Made by a program: the position numbers and the translations under genes. Positions 47,832 to 57,965 of a stretch of DNA of 64,000 bases are shown piece by piece (the first letter of the stretch is position 1; each line of letters begins with the position of its first letter). This DNA is from Vicinamibacterales bacterium (lineage in GTDB: Bacteria > Acidobacteriota > Vicinamibacteria > Vicinamibacterales > SCN-69-37). The notes under the pieces are model-generated. The model was not told where the DNA came from and ran no database searches. It worked only from the letters and a program-made list of their open reading frames with translations. The stretch covers positions 29,376 to 93,375 of the forward strand of contig JBDSZL010000071.1 in NCBI GenBank assembly GCA_039925145.1. Direction: 5' to 3'.

Positions 47832-48911
47832 TCAAACAATCTTGCGAAGCTTCGTCACCCGGCCCACCTCAACCCACTCGACCACGAAGATGTTGCCGTC
47901 GTGATCGAAGCAGGCACCGTGCGGCTGCACGAACTGACCCGCAATGAACGCATCGCGAGGACCGGTGCGGAGGGGATTGTTCCAAGCGGGGGCATTTGAA
48001 TCGCCGAGGTGCGCGACGATCTGGTTAGCCCCGTCCATGAGCGTCACCCGCCCGTGCAAATCAGGAATCACCACGAGGCCGCCACGTTCGTCGAAATGGC
48101 ACGGCAAGCGAAAGCCGGGCATCGTGTCGATCGACTGTCCCTCGAGCGTGAAGCGCTGCAAGCGATTGTTGCGGCGATCGGCGACGACGAGCACCGGCTG
48201 TGTGCCCCGCGTGTCCATCCAGATGCCGTGCGGCTCGGCGAGCTGACCGGCGCCGGTGCCGCGTCCCCCAAATGACCGGATGTACTCCGTCTTGCTGTTG
48301 TACTGATTGATGAAATACGAACCGTAGCCGTCGGCGACGTAGATGTCGCCGTTCGGAGCGATCGCGACATTGGTCGGGTTGTAGGCCGGCACCACACCGT
48401 TCGCGCCGGGACGGTACCCCTCGAAGTCCGGAGGGCCGTCGATCTTCCACACTACCTCGCCGGCCAACGTCGTCTTCACGAGGGCCGCCTGAATCGCAGG
48501 CTTAATCGCTGCTCTGGGGCTGGCGGCATTCACGGTGAGGTAGAGGAACTCGACGCCGTTCTCACGCCGGATCTGCAGGCCGTGCGCGACGCCGCGATAT
48601 TCGGCTCCCCAGGCACGTACGAACTTTCCCTGGGGATCGAAGACGACGACCGTGTCTGGGCGCGCGCTCGTGGCGTGCACGGTGTGATGGACGTGCAGGA
48701 ATCCCTGGGCATCCTCCACAACGCCATGCGTGTTGCCCCAGCGAATCGACGGTGGGAGCGTGCCCCAGTCATGGATGGCTTCGAACAGATACGGTGCCTG
48801 GCCCATGACTGGCAGCTTATTGCCCGCCTTGTCCTGCAGCCCCAGCAGAATGGGCGACACGACGGGCCCGGCGGTGAGAGCGGCGAGGAACTGGCGCCTG
48901 GTTGGTGTCAT
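47832..48911 (-). CDS. NHL-repeat six-bladed beta-propeller protein (peptidyl-alpha-hydroxyglycine-lyase-like) with Tat-type signal
   Basis: The Tat-like N-terminus is MTPTRRQFLAALTAG... Repeated ..P.GI..D..G...V.D..N.R.. blades follow. I placed the start at the ATG at 48911 (AGGAG upstream); 48923 is an alternative. Confidence 0.75.
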   Translation of the reverse strand: MTPTRRQFLAALTAGPVVSPILLGLQDKAGNKLPVMGQAPYLFEAIHDWGTLPPSIRWGNTHGVVEDAQGFLHVHHTVHATSARPDTVVVFDPQGKFVRAWGAEYRGVAHGLQIRRENGVEFLYLTVNAASPRAAIKPAIQAALVKTTLAGEVVWKIDGPPDFEGYRPGANGVVPAYNPTNVAIAPNGDIYVADGYGSYFINQYNSKTEYIRSFGGRGTGAGQLAEPHGIWMDTRGTQPVLVVADRRNNRLQRFTLEGQSIDTMPGFRLPCHFDERGGLVVIPDLHGRVTLMDGANQIVAHLGDSNAPAWNNPLRTGPRDAFIAGQFVQPHGACFDHDGNIFVVEWVEVGRVTKLRKIV

Positions 48912-48946
48912 GTCGCTCCTCATTCAGAAGTGCCGAGATGCCGCGC

Positions 48947-50452
48947 TCAGCCGAACAGCGCCATCGCGGCCTTGCCCTTGCCGTCGCGGGTCACGTACAC
49001 CGGCCGTTTCTCCGCGACGTAGGCCGTGTCGGCGGCAATGCCGAGCGCGCGGTACATCGTGGCGTGCAAGTCCTCCACTGGCATCGGGTTCTCGATGGTC
49101 GTGCAGGGCCGCTCCTCGGCGGTACGGCCGTACACGTAACCGCGTCTGATGCCCCCGCCGAACATCAGCACCGAACCAGCTGCCGTGAAGTGGCGATGCA
49201 TCCCGTAGTGGCGCGGCTCGGTCATCACGTCGGGGATGTTGATCGCCTGATCACGCACTTCCTTGCCGACCTTCCCCTCGGTGACCGCATCCCGTCCAAA
49301 CTCGCTCGCCAGCACTACCAGCGTTCGACTGAGCAGGCCGCGTTCCTCGAGGTCTTTGATGAGCTGCGCCACTGGCGCGTCGATGATCCGCTTCATCGCC
49401 ACGGCACGCTCGTGTCCGTTCTCGTGCGTGTCCCAGTAGACGAAGGGAATGTACTCGGACGTCACCTCGACATACCGCGCGCCGCCTTCGATGAGCCGGC
49501 GTGCGAGCAGGCACCCCTGCCCGAATCGGCTTGCGTTGTAGGCCGCCGCGCTCGCCGCAGGCTCGAGCGACAAGTCGAAGGCACGCGCCGCGGGCGACCG
49601 CAGCAGCCGGTCGGCCGACTCGATCGACTGCACCAGCGATTGACGATGGAAGTCGCTCGCGTGCTGAAGGACCGGCTCGCGCGCCAGCAGCCGCTCGAAC
49701 AGCTGGCGGCGACTGTCGAAACGACCGCCGGTCAAATCCTGTGGCGGACGCACGGCCGACGCCGCGTCCTGGGGATCGACGATCAGGAACGGACTGTGCT
49801 CGGTGCCGAGAAACCCGGCGGTGTGAAATGCCTTCAGGGTGCCGATCTCGCCGGCACCCTCTACGGTTTGGCCGATGGCGACAAACGCGGGCATATCGGG
49901 ATTCCTTGGCCCGAGCGTCTTGGACACCACAGCCCCGATGTGCGGCATGACCATCGGCTGCGGTGGGATGTATCCGGTGTGCCAGTGGTACTGATGCCTC
50001 GAGTGCAGGATGAATCCCAGATCCGCCGCCGTGAACGACCGGATGACGGCACCGCGATCCATCACCGCTCCGATGCGTTCGAGCCCCTCGGTGAACTTGA
50101 TGTGATCGACGGCGGTGTCGATCGTCGGAAACGTGCTGAGGACATCGTGCACGCGGACGCCAGGCGCAAACGGCGTGTAGCGCTTTGGATCGAAGGTCTC
50201 GGTCTGTGCCATGCCCCCGGCCATCCACAGAACGATGACCGCATCGGCCGTGGGTGCCAGCTGCGCCGCGCGCGCAAGCGCCGGCTCGCCGGCGGCCAGC
50301 GTGGCAAGCGTCGCACCCGCAGCCGCGCCGATGAAGCCACGACGGCTGATGCGCGCGTGCAGCGCGCGTTCTTCGGCGTTCAACGCACCGGAGCTCCTGC
50401 CCGCAGGTTCCAGCCGGTCGGCTGACGACTCTCGAGATGAACGGGTTGGCAT
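48947..50452 (-). CDS. DUF1501-domain protein (sulfatase/alkaline-phosphatase-superfamily-like) with Tat-type signal
   Basis: The Tat motif is ..ISRRGFIGAAAGATLATLAAG... ..VIVLWMAGGMAQTETFDPK.. and ..LASEFGR.. are typical of DUF1501. I placed the start at the ATG at 50452, which has GAGG 6 nt upstream. Confidence 0.85.
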   Translation of the reverse strand: MPTRSSRESSADRLEPAGRSSGALNAEERALHARISRRGFIGAAAGATLATLAAGEPALARAAQLAPTADAVIVLWMAGGMAQTETFDPKRYTPFAPGVRVHDVLSTFPTIDTAVDHIKFTEGLERIGAVMDRGAVIRSFTAADLGFILHSRHQYHWHTGYIPPQPMVMPHIGAVVSKTLGPRNPDMPAFVAIGQTVEGAGEIGTLKAFHTAGFLGTEHSPFLIVDPQDAASAVRPPQDLTGGRFDSRRQLFERLLAREPVLQHASDFHRQSLVQSIESADRLLRSPAARAFDLSLEPAASAAAYNASRFGQGCLLARRLIEGGARYVEVTSEYIPFVYWDTHENGHERAVAMKRIIDAPVAQLIKDLEERGLLSRTLVVLASEFGRDAVTEGKVGKEVRDQAINIPDVMTEPRHYGMHRHFTAAGSVLMFGGGIRRGYVYGRTAEERPCTTIENPMPVEDLHATMYRALGIAADTAYVAEKRPVYVTRDGKGKAAMALFG

Positions 50453-50460
50453 GCTCGACC

Positions 50461-53079
50461 TCAATAAATCAGCTGGAATTCGGGCTTCATCAACACGGCC
50501 CAGAGCAGGTTCGCGAGTCCGTCCGGAGAGACACCGCCGGGCCGCGCCGGATCTCGTAGCGCGGCCTCAGCCACCTGGCGCTCGCCCGCCGTCGGTCGGC
50601 GACCCAGGGCGTGCCTGAAGACACCGTCGACCGCCTCGCCCTCGGTCTTCACAGCAAGCGGCGCCGGCAGCGGCGCTCCTGCCATCGGCGGCTGCAACCG
50701 CTCGAGGTTCGGCTCTTCGCCAAAGACGTAGAACCGGGTCTGCGGATCGAGCGTCGCGCCAATGTCGCTGACGGGATTCTCGAGCCACATCACGCCACGC
50801 AACCTCGTGAATCCTCGGCCGCCGATGTCGTACACCAGCATCGACGGATTGCTGACGCGGACCACCTCATCAGCCGTTGCGGCCCCGATCGCGACGGGGC
50901 CAGAGCCGGCGCGCAGCCCTTTGGAATCGCGCGGCGAGAGCGCCGACAACGGCGTAACGACACCGGCCGCGTCTACCAGTTCAGCCCTGGCCCAGACAGG
51001 CAGCACGCGAGCTGGATCGTTCGACCCGTTTTCCTGAACGATGAGCCAGAGCATCCTGGCGCCCGACACATCGACGTCGAACACGGCGGGTCGGGCCTGG
51101 CGGCCGCTGACGCTCTTGTTATAGAGACTCGTTGGCTCGGCACGCTGCTGGTTGAGCAGCCGGCGGGCACCGATCGACAGCCAGTGCGTGAGGCTCTCTC
51201 CGTTGACCAGCTCCAGTCCTTGAGGGGTCGTTGGCTGCGTGGCGCGGACAGAGGTGACCTGGTCCCGCACCGGCCGGCCGAGCGCCCGCGACAGGTTGTT
51301 CGAGGGCATCTTCCATGCGCGCACGTACCGGCCGACGCGCAGCGGATCGGACGGAGTCAGCGCTGGGCCGGCCCCGCGCGCTGCCCCCACACCGGGAGCC
51401 AGAGTCGGGGCCCCGGCGCCGCGTCCGGGTCCGGCTGGGCCTGGCGCCGCGGTGCCTGCGATATTCAATGTGGAGATGCCCCATTCGCCAGTGATCGATC
51501 CAACGGCGTCCGCGAACTGCTCGGCGGACAGACGCCGGACCTCGGGACCTGCAAACACGTAGTCACGAGGCGCTGGCTCTCTGTCGCGCGCCACCGTCGG
51601 TATCTGGTACGCGCGTGAACCGACGATGGTTGCGATGAGGTGTTTGAGATCGTACCCGTGTTCCGCCAGATCCGCCGCCAGCCAGTCAAGGAGCGCCGGA
51701 CTCCAGGGACGTCCGTCCATGTCGTCGGGGTTGGCCACGATTCCGTAGCCCATCAGACGCTGCCACACCCTGTTGGTCACCGTGCGAGCGAGGCGGCCGT
51801 TGCGCGGATCGGTGAAGATGGCCGCCACAGCAGCACGTCGATCGCTCAGCGCCGTCGTCGCCGGAGTCCGATTGAGCTCGGGATAGAGGAAGGCGGGCTC
51901 GGCAAATGCCTCCTGGGCGATGTCACATCGGTAGAGCTGCAGTCGACCGTCGGGCGAGAAGAAGCTGGCGAGCCCGTAAGCGTCCTTCAGCTTCCACTTG
52001 CTGATGAAGCTGTCGTGGCAGGCATTGCACTTGAGGTTGACACCCAGAAACACCTGCGCGCTGTTCTGCGCCGCCTGCATCCACGGTGTCACCGCCGCGC
52101 TCGTTTCGCCGCGCCAGTTCACTCCAACGAGAAATCCTTCGGCGGCCGCCCCGACCTCCGGGTTGAGGAGGGTCGAAACGAACCGGTCGTACGGCAGGTT
52201 CGAACGCAGCGCCTCCAGCAGCCAGGGCGTGATGCTCCGGCGGCTTCCCGTCTCCGAGTAATAGCTCACACCATCGTCGTTGCGCAGCAGGTCGTTCCAG
52301 AACGAGATCCAGTGATCGGCGTACTTGTCGGCATCGCCCAGCAGGCGATCGATCAGCACGCGTCGTTTGTCTGAGGATCGATCGTTCTGGAACGTCTCGA
52401 GTTCCGCGGGGGTCGGCAGCAGACCCCAGAGGTCGAGGAAGGCGCGCCGTGCAAATACGGCGTCGGACACCAGGGGCGGTTCTGGCATGCGGTGAGCACG
52501 CAGATAGGACGCGACGATGCGATCGGGCGACGACGACCAGGAGCGCCACACCATCGGTGGAGGGTTCGGACGCACGAGCGCAAGCGCCGGTTCCCAGGGC
52601 GAGGGCGCGGGAGCCGACACGGGAGTGGCGCGCGCGCCCTCGTCAATCCACCGGCGCAGGATCGCGATTTGCGCAGTGGAGAGCGGCGCCGCATCCTTGG
52701 GCATCTGGTCGCCACCCTCGCCCATGACTCGTTGCAGAAGCATGCTGCCGGCGCTGTTGCCGGGACGCACGATCGGCCCGTCCTTGCCCCCTTCGAGCAC
52801 ATCGGCGTACGAGGCCAGCGAGAGACCTCCCTTGCGCTTGTCCTGGCTGTGGCAGTCGAGGCAACTGTCTTGGAGGATCGGCGCCACGGCGTCAACATAG
52901 CCGACGCGTGCAGCGGTGGTCGTCGACGGTGTGCCGACAGGTGTTCGCTGTGGCAGAGCAGTCTGGCGCGGCTCACCGGTGCGGTCTGGCGGCTCCGTAC
53001 GCCCCGCGCCGACCGCGATCGCGACAGCGACCCATCCGAGCAGCGTCAACCCGACCAACCAGCGCATCCTGTTCACCAT
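50461..53079 (-). CDS. PSCyt (CxxCH) + DUF1549 + DUF1553 protein
   Basis: ..CLDCHSQDKRKGGLSL.. is the planctomycete-type cytochrome c motif. ..DKYADHWISFWNDLLRND.. is DUF1549-like. ..FLGVNLKCNACHD.. is the DUF1553 core. The start at 53079 overlaps the upstream stop by 7 nt; 53067 is an alternative. Confidence 0.85.
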   Translation of the reverse strand: MVNRMRWLVGLTLLGWVAVAIAVGAGRTEPPDRTGEPRQTALPQRTPVGTPSTTTAARVGYVDAVAPILQDSCLDCHSQDKRKGGLSLASYADVLEGGKDGPIVRPGNSAGSMLLQRVMGEGGDQMPKDAAPLSTAQIAILRRWIDEGARATPVSAPAPSPWEPALALVRPNPPPMVWRSWSSSPDRIVASYLRAHRMPEPPLVSDAVFARRAFLDLWGLLPTPAELETFQNDRSSDKRRVLIDRLLGDADKYADHWISFWNDLLRNDDGVSYYSETGSRRSITPWLLEALRSNLPYDRFVSTLLNPEVGAAAEGFLVGVNWRGETSAAVTPWMQAAQNSAQVFLGVNLKCNACHDSFISKWKLKDAYGLASFFSPDGRLQLYRCDIAQEAFAEPAFLYPELNRTPATTALSDRRAAVAAIFTDPRNGRLARTVTNRVWQRLMGYGIVANPDDMDGRPWSPALLDWLAADLAEHGYDLKHLIATIVGSRAYQIPTVARDREPAPRDYVFAGPEVRRLSAEQFADAVGSITGEWGISTLNIAGTAAPGPAGPGRGAGAPTLAPGVGAARGAGPALTPSDPLRVGRYVRAWKMPSNNLSRALGRPVRDQVTSVRATQPTTPQGLELVNGESLTHWLSIGARRLLNQQRAEPTSLYNKSVSGRQARPAVFDVDVSGARMLWLIVQENGSNDPARVLPVWARAELVDAAGVVTPLSALSPRDSKGLRAGSGPVAIGAATADEVVRVSNPSMLVYDIGGRGFTRLRGVMWLENPVSDIGATLDPQTRFYVFGEEPNLERLQPPMAGAPLPAPLAVKTEGEAVDGVFRHALGRRPTAGERQVAEAALRDPARPGGVSPDGLANLLWAVLMKPEFQLIY

Positions 53080-54866
53080 CCCACCGGCCTGCCCGAGAGT
53101 TGCTGATCGAGGTACGCCTTGAGAGGCGCGAAGTAGTCGAGAATCGCCGTGGCGTCCATTTGCCGCGAGCCGGTCAACGCTTCGAGCGCGTCGGGCCACG
53201 GTTTGGAGGCGCCGAGCTTCAGCATGGCTTCGAGCCGCGCACCCGCGGCCTTGCTTTCATAGATGGAACAACGGTGCAGGGGCGTTGTGCATCCGGCGAT
53301 CTTCGAGAGGGCACGATGAAATTGGAACTGGAGGATCCGTGCGAGAAAGTAGCGGGTGTAGGGCGTGTTGGCTGGCACGTGGTACTTGGCGCCGGGATCG
53401 AAGAACTGCTCCGATCGCGGGTTCGGAGGAGCAACACCCTGGTACTTGAGCCGCAGATCCCACCACGCCTGGTTGTAATGCTCGGGCGTCACCTGACCTG
53501 AAAAGACCTGCCACCTCCACTGGTCGATGAGCAGCCCGAACGGTAGAAATGCCACGCCGTCGAGGGCGCGCGACATGAGCAGACCGAGATCTCTCGAGGC
53601 GTCGGGCGCCTTGTCGATGAGCCCGATCCTGACGAGGTACTCCGGCGTGACCGAGAGCGCGATCGTGTCGCCGATGGCTTCGTGAAACCCGTCGTTGGCG
53701 CTGCCGCGAAAGAGCGGTGGCAGCGTGTTGTAGGCGCGCTGGTAGTAATTGTGCCCAAGCTCGTGGTGGATCGTGGTGAAGTCCTCTTCGGTGGGATCGA
53801 TGCACATCTTGATGCGCAAGTCGTCCACGAAGTCGACATCCCAGGCGCTGGCGTGACAGACGACGTCGCGATCGCGTGGCTTGGTGAGCATCGAGCGCTG
53901 CCAGAACGTTGGGGGCAGCGGAGCGAAGCCCAGTGACGAGTAGAAGCGCTCGCCAATCTCGACCATGGTCTTCGGATCGGTCTTGCGCTGTTCGAGGATC
54001 CGGGTCAGCGAGTAACCTGGGTCGGCGCCCTGCGGGGCAACCAGCTCGTAGACGTTCGACCATTCCTGAGCCCAGATGTTGCCCAGCAGGTAGGCAGGAA
54101 TAGGCCCGGCAGGAGGAACGAGGTCGCCGTAGCGCTCGTGCAGCTTCATGCGCACATAGGCGTGCAGCGACAGATAGAGCGGCCGGACCTGGTCCCACAG
54201 CCGGTCGAGTTCCTTCGTGAACGCATCGGCCGGCATGTCGTACTTCAGCCGCCACATGGCGCCCGTGTCGGCAAAGCCGAGCTCCGTCGCGCCTTTGTTG
54301 GACAGCGCGACGAGCCGCGCGTAGTCGGCCTTCATCGCGGGTGCGATGGTGTGCCAGCCCTCCCAGACGGTGCGCAGCTCGCGCGGGTCGTGCGACTTGG
54401 CCATGACCTCCGTGATCTGTTCCACGTCCATGCAGGTCGAGGCCACCGCTGGGTCCGCGCACCAGTGGCCCTTGCCGTAGGCAGCCTCCAGGCGCGACGC
54501 AATCGTCATCAACTCTTCGGATTCTCTCGGGTCGTTGGGTGTCGCCAGGACGAGCGACACCTTGAGCAGGTCGATCGACCGGCGCAAATCGGCGGGAAGC
54601 GTGAGTGCGTCAAATCGCGTCGAGGCCTTGGCGTACTTCACGGCCGCGTCTGTGGACGCCTGCGACGCACGCGCGCTGATCGCCTGCGTGTCATCGGTGA
54701 TGAACGTGGCGGCCACCCAACCCGCTTGCGCCGCGGCCCGGTCAAGCTTGAGCGACTCGATGTTCACCTCGTCCACGAATGCCCGCGCTTCGTCGACGGT
54801 CGGCGCCGGTGTCGGTCGAGGTCTTGAGCATCCACTGATGCAGGCGGCCACCAGCACGAACCGCAT
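53073..54866 (-). CDS. M2-family peptidyl-dipeptidase (angiotensin-converting-enzyme-like), lipoprotein
   Basis: ..TIHHELGHNYYQ.. carries the HExxH motif, with ..HEAIGD.. downstream. I placed the start at the ATG at 54866, which gives MRFVLVAACISGC... Confidence 0.85.
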   Translation of the reverse strand: MRFVLVAACISGCSRPRPTPAPTVDEARAFVDEVNIESLKLDRAAAQAGWVAATFITDDTQAISARASQASTDAAVKYAKASTRFDALTLPADLRRSIDLLKVSLVLATPNDPRESEELMTIASRLEAAYGKGHWCADPAVASTCMDVEQITEVMAKSHDPRELRTVWEGWHTIAPAMKADYARLVALSNKGATELGFADTGAMWRLKYDMPADAFTKELDRLWDQVRPLYLSLHAYVRMKLHERYGDLVPPAGPIPAYLLGNIWAQEWSNVYELVAPQGADPGYSLTRILEQRKTDPKTMVEIGERFYSSLGFAPLPPTFWQRSMLTKPRDRDVVCHASAWDVDFVDDLRIKMCIDPTEEDFTTIHHELGHNYYQRAYNTLPPLFRGSANDGFHEAIGDTIALSVTPEYLVRIGLIDKAPDASRDLGLLMSRALDGVAFLPFGLLIDQWRWQVFSGQVTPEHYNQAWWDLRLKYQGVAPPNPRSEQFFDPGAKYHVPANTPYTRYFLARILQFQFHRALSKIAGCTTPLHRCSIYESKAAGARLEAMLKLGASKPWPDALEALTGSRQMDATAILDYFAPLKAYLDQQLSGRPVGW

Positions 54867-54980
54867 CGCGAGCGTCCACGCACCAGTCGTGGTCTGGTGA
54901 CGCGCGGGACAACGGTCTGTCCCGGCGCGGCGCGAGGGGCACTCAGGGATGAGCTGGATGGCCACGCGGTCGCCTCCCCT

Positions 54981-55268
54981 TCAGGTCGTCACGGATGGAT
55001 CCGCGCGTTGCACCGCCTGTGGCTCCTGCGCGTACCACTCGATGCGGCCGCATTCGGCACAGATGAGAATGGTGGCGGATGGATCGGTCCAGTCCAGGTT
55101 GAACAGCGTGCGAACGGTGCTGTTGAGCATCGCGCGGCCAGGAACGAACATCCCTTCTCCGCAATGCGGACACTGGACCGGCCGCCCGGCCACGACGTAC
55201 GCGCTCGGTGCCGTGCCTTCCTTGAAGCCGGAGACGCCGGCCTTCAGCGCTTCGAAAAACCGTCCCAT
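54981..55268 (-). CDS. Hypothetical small zinc-ribbon protein
   Basis: AGGAG lies 6 nt upstream of the ATG. It has two CxxC pairs (..CPHCG.. and ..CAECG..). Confidence 0.6.
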   Translation of the reverse strand: MGRFFEALKAGVSGFKEGTAPSAYVVAGRPVQCPHCGEGMFVPGRAMLNSTVRTLFNLDWTDPSATILICAECGRIEWYAQEPQAVQRADPSVTT

Positions 55269-55355
55269 GATCGCTCCTGCTGCGGCGCGGCACCCGTCTG
55301 ACCAGGGCCCGCTCCTGGATCTTCTGCTCTTACCCGACGATGGCCCACGGCGGCT

Positions 55356-55964
55356 TCAGCGCCGCACTTCGGCCACGATGGTGTCGCCGCGTTCGAGCAT
55401 CGCGACGAGGGCCGCGATTTTGCGCGCACGGCCCGCCGGCGTTTTCATGCTGTTCGTACGATACGTCAGCGCAAACAGATTCAGACGGCTGAGTGTGAGG
55501 AACATCTTCAGGGCACGAGGGCTTGCCTCGATCGCGGTGCGCAGATCATCAGGCACCGTCTCGCGTGAGGCGCTCCGGATCGGCGCGTACGCCGCATCCC
55601 AACGTCCATCGGCTTTGGCGGCGTCGACCTGCTTCTGTCCGTGCGGCGTCATCCGGCCGGCCCGTACGAGCCGGCTGATGTTGTCCCGGTTGACCTGGCT
55701 CCAGACACTCCGCGGCCGGCGTGGTGTGAACCGCTGCAGAAACGTCTGTTCGTCGAACGACTTGCGGATTCCGTCAATCCAGCCCCAGCACAACGCCACA
55801 TCGATCGCCTGGGCATGAGTCACGGTGGGCAGGCCGGATCCCTTCTTATAGATGCGCAACCAGAGCTCGGGCGCACGCTGGTGGTTGGCCGCAAGCCATC
55901 GCTCGAATGCCGCCTCCGTGCGGAAGCTCTTGATATGCCTGGGATCGGGGATGACGGGCGCCAT
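55356..55964 (-). CDS. YdeI/OmpD-associated family protein
   Basis: ..FRTEAAFERWLAANH..ELWLRIYKKGSG..DVALCWGWIDGIRKS..FTPRRPRSVWS.. matches the family pattern. Confidence 0.8.
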   Translation of the reverse strand: MAPVIPDPRHIKSFRTEAAFERWLAANHQRAPELWLRIYKKGSGLPTVTHAQAIDVALCWGWIDGIRKSFDEQTFLQRFTPRRPRSVWSQVNRDNISRLVRAGRMTPHGQKQVDAAKADGRWDAAYAPIRSASRETVPDDLRTAIEASPRALKMFLTLSRLNLFALTYRTNSMKTPAGRARKIAALVAMLERGDTIVAEVRR

Positions 55965-55973
55965 GATGCGAGA

Positions 55974-57896
55974 CTACACGTCGAGTTCTTCGGCCTCTTC
56001 CGCACGTTCCATGATGAATCGAAACCTCGCGGACGGATCCTTCCCCATCAGCTCGTTGATGACGCGATCCGTCACGATCTGATCGGAGATCTCGACCTTC
56101 AGCAACCGTCGCGTACGCGGATTCAGCGTCGTCTCCCACAGCACCTTGGGCATCATCTCTCCAAGGCCCTTGAACCGCGTGATCTCGGTCTTGGACTTGG
56201 CGCCAATGCGCCTGAGAATTATGTCGCGGTGCCCCTCGTCGGTCGCCCAGAACGTCTCCTTGCCAGCGTCGATGCGGAACAGAGGCGGCTGCGCCAGGTA
56301 GAGATGACCACCGTTGATCAGGCCCGGCATGTGGCGGTAGATGAACGTCATCAGCAGCGTCGCGATGTGGTGGCCGTCTGAATCGGCGTCAGCCAGAATG
56401 ATCACCCGACCGTACCGCAATCGCGAGATGTCGAAATTCTTGCCGATGCCACAGCCGAGGGCGGTCACCAGGTCGGCCAATTCCTTGTTCTCGAGCACCT
56501 TCGCGAGCGAGGCGCTCTCGGCGTTGAGCACTTTGCCACGCAGCGGCAGAATCGCCTGGCGCGCCCGGTCGCGCCCCTGCTTCGCAGATCCTCCGGCCGA
56601 GTCGCCCTCGACGATGAAGATCTCGCTGCCCTCGCGGCCAGGCAGCGTGCAATCGCTGAGCTTGCCCGGAAGCGTGAGCCGAGACGACGTGGCGCTCTTG
56701 CGCGTGACCTCCGCCTGCGCCGCCCGGCTCGCCTCGCGCGCGCGGGCCGCCAGGATGATGCGCGCCACGATCGCCTGCGCCATCGTGGTGTTCTCGTTGA
56801 GCCAGTGCTCGAGCGCCGGACGCGCCATGGAGTCGATTGTCGCGGTCACCTCGGGATTGTTCAGTCGATCCTTGGTCTGTCCCTGGAACTGTGGCTCCTT
56901 GATGAAAATGCTCAGGACCCCAATCAGGCCCTCCCGAATGTCCTCAGCCGTGAGCGTCACGCCCTTCGGCGAGAGGTTGTGGGTGTCGATGAAATTGCGT
57001 ATCGCTTTGCCGATCCCGGTCCGCAGCCCGTTCTCGTGCGTGCCGCCCGATGCGGTCGGAATCCCGTTCACGTAGCTGCGTAGGTGCTCGTCGGTCGCCT
57101 CCGTCCAGCGCAGGACGAGATCGAGGCGGAGGCCCGTCTCTTCGTGTTCGCGCGTCAGCGCAAATGGCTGTTCGTGCACGGGCGTCGCGTGGCGCTCCGC
57201 CAGGATCTTTCGGAGGTAGTCGCCCAGCCCTTCTTCGTGCTGAAAGACCTCACGCGCCGGCTGCCCGCTCTCGGCCGCTTCGTTCTCGAAGCTGATCTTG
57301 AGACCTCGATGCAGGTAGCTCGCGATTTCGATGCGCTCGCGAATTGTGGCCGCGTCGAATTCCGTCTTGGGAAAGATGGTTGGGTCGGGGTGAAAGAACA
57401 CAGTGGTGCCCGTGCCCCGCGCCGGTCCCAGCTTCTTGACAGTGCCGACGGGAACGCCCTGCTTGAAGCGCTGCTCCCACGTCGCGCCGTCGCGTCGCAC
57501 CGTCGCCACGAGCTCGCGCGAGAGCGCATTGACGACCGACGCACCCACGCCGTGCAATCCTCCGGCGGTCTTGTAATTCTGCCCTTCGAATTTTCCGCCC
57601 GCGTGCAGTGTCGTGAAGATCACTTCGAGCGCGCTGGTCTTCGTGTGCGGGTGCTTGTCCACCGGTATCCCGCGCCCATCGTCCTGCACGGTCAGTGACG
57701 AACCGTCCTTGTGGAGCGCAACGACGATGTTGGAGGCGTGTCCGTTCATGGCCTCGTCGATGGCGTTGTCGAGAATTTCCCAGACGAGGTGGTGCAGTCC
57801 GGAGGCTCCGACGCCGCCGATGTACATGCCTGGCCGGCGGCGGACAGGTTCGAGCCCTTCCAGAACAGTGATGTCTTTGGCGGTATAGGTCGACAC
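55974..57896 (-). CDS. Type IIA DNA topoisomerase ATPase subunit (GyrB/ParE family, about 640 aa)
   Basis: ..VLEGLEPVRRRPGMYIGG..GLHHLVWEILDNAIDEA.., ..EGDSAGGSAKQGRDR.., ..PLRGKVLN.. and ..DADSDGHHI.. are present. I cannot separate GyrB from ParE without a search, and no A subunit is nearby. The listed ORF starts at 58148; I placed the start at the in-frame GTG at 57896, which is uncertain. Confidence 0.88.
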   Translation of the reverse strand: MSTYTAKDITVLEGLEPVRRRPGMYIGGVGASGLHHLVWEILDNAIDEAMNGHASNIVVALHKDGSSLTVQDDGRGIPVDKHPHTKTSALEVIFTTLHAGGKFEGQNYKTAGGLHGVGASVVNALSRELVATVRRDGATWEQRFKQGVPVGTVKKLGPARGTGTTVFFHPDPTIFPKTEFDAATIRERIEIASYLHRGLKISFENEAAESGQPAREVFQHEEGLGDYLRKILAERHATPVHEQPFALTREHEETGLRLDLVLRWTEATDEHLRSYVNGIPTASGGTHENGLRTGIGKAIRNFIDTHNLSPKGVTLTAEDIREGLIGVLSIFIKEPQFQGQTKDRLNNPEVTATIDSMARPALEHWLNENTTMAQAIVARIILAARAREASRAAQAEVTRKSATSSRLTLPGKLSDCTLPGREGSEIFIVEGDSAGGSAKQGRDRARQAILPLRGKVLNAESASLAKVLENKELADLVTALGCGIGKNFDISRLRYGRVIILADADSDGHHIATLLMTFIYRHMPGLINGGHLYLAQPPLFRIDAGKETFWATDEGHRDIILRRIGAKSKTEITRFKGLGEMMPKVLWETTLNPRTRRLLKVEISDQIVTDRVINELMGKDPSARFRFIMERAEEAEELDV

Positions 57897-57965
57897 GTTG
57901 GAGAAGCATAGTAGCAGGCGCCGCTCGCGTGTCTGGGACAGCCTGTCGATTGGTCCAGTTGCTTT

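Noticed and set aside
48902-50425. 507-aa plus-strand ORF (and similar ones: 42266..43585, 14080..15138, 38844..39872, 62360..63730)
   Set aside because: All are mirror-frame ORFs opposite confidently identified genes (DUF1501, REC-EAL, hydrolase, response regulator, ADOP permease). They are a high-GC artefact.
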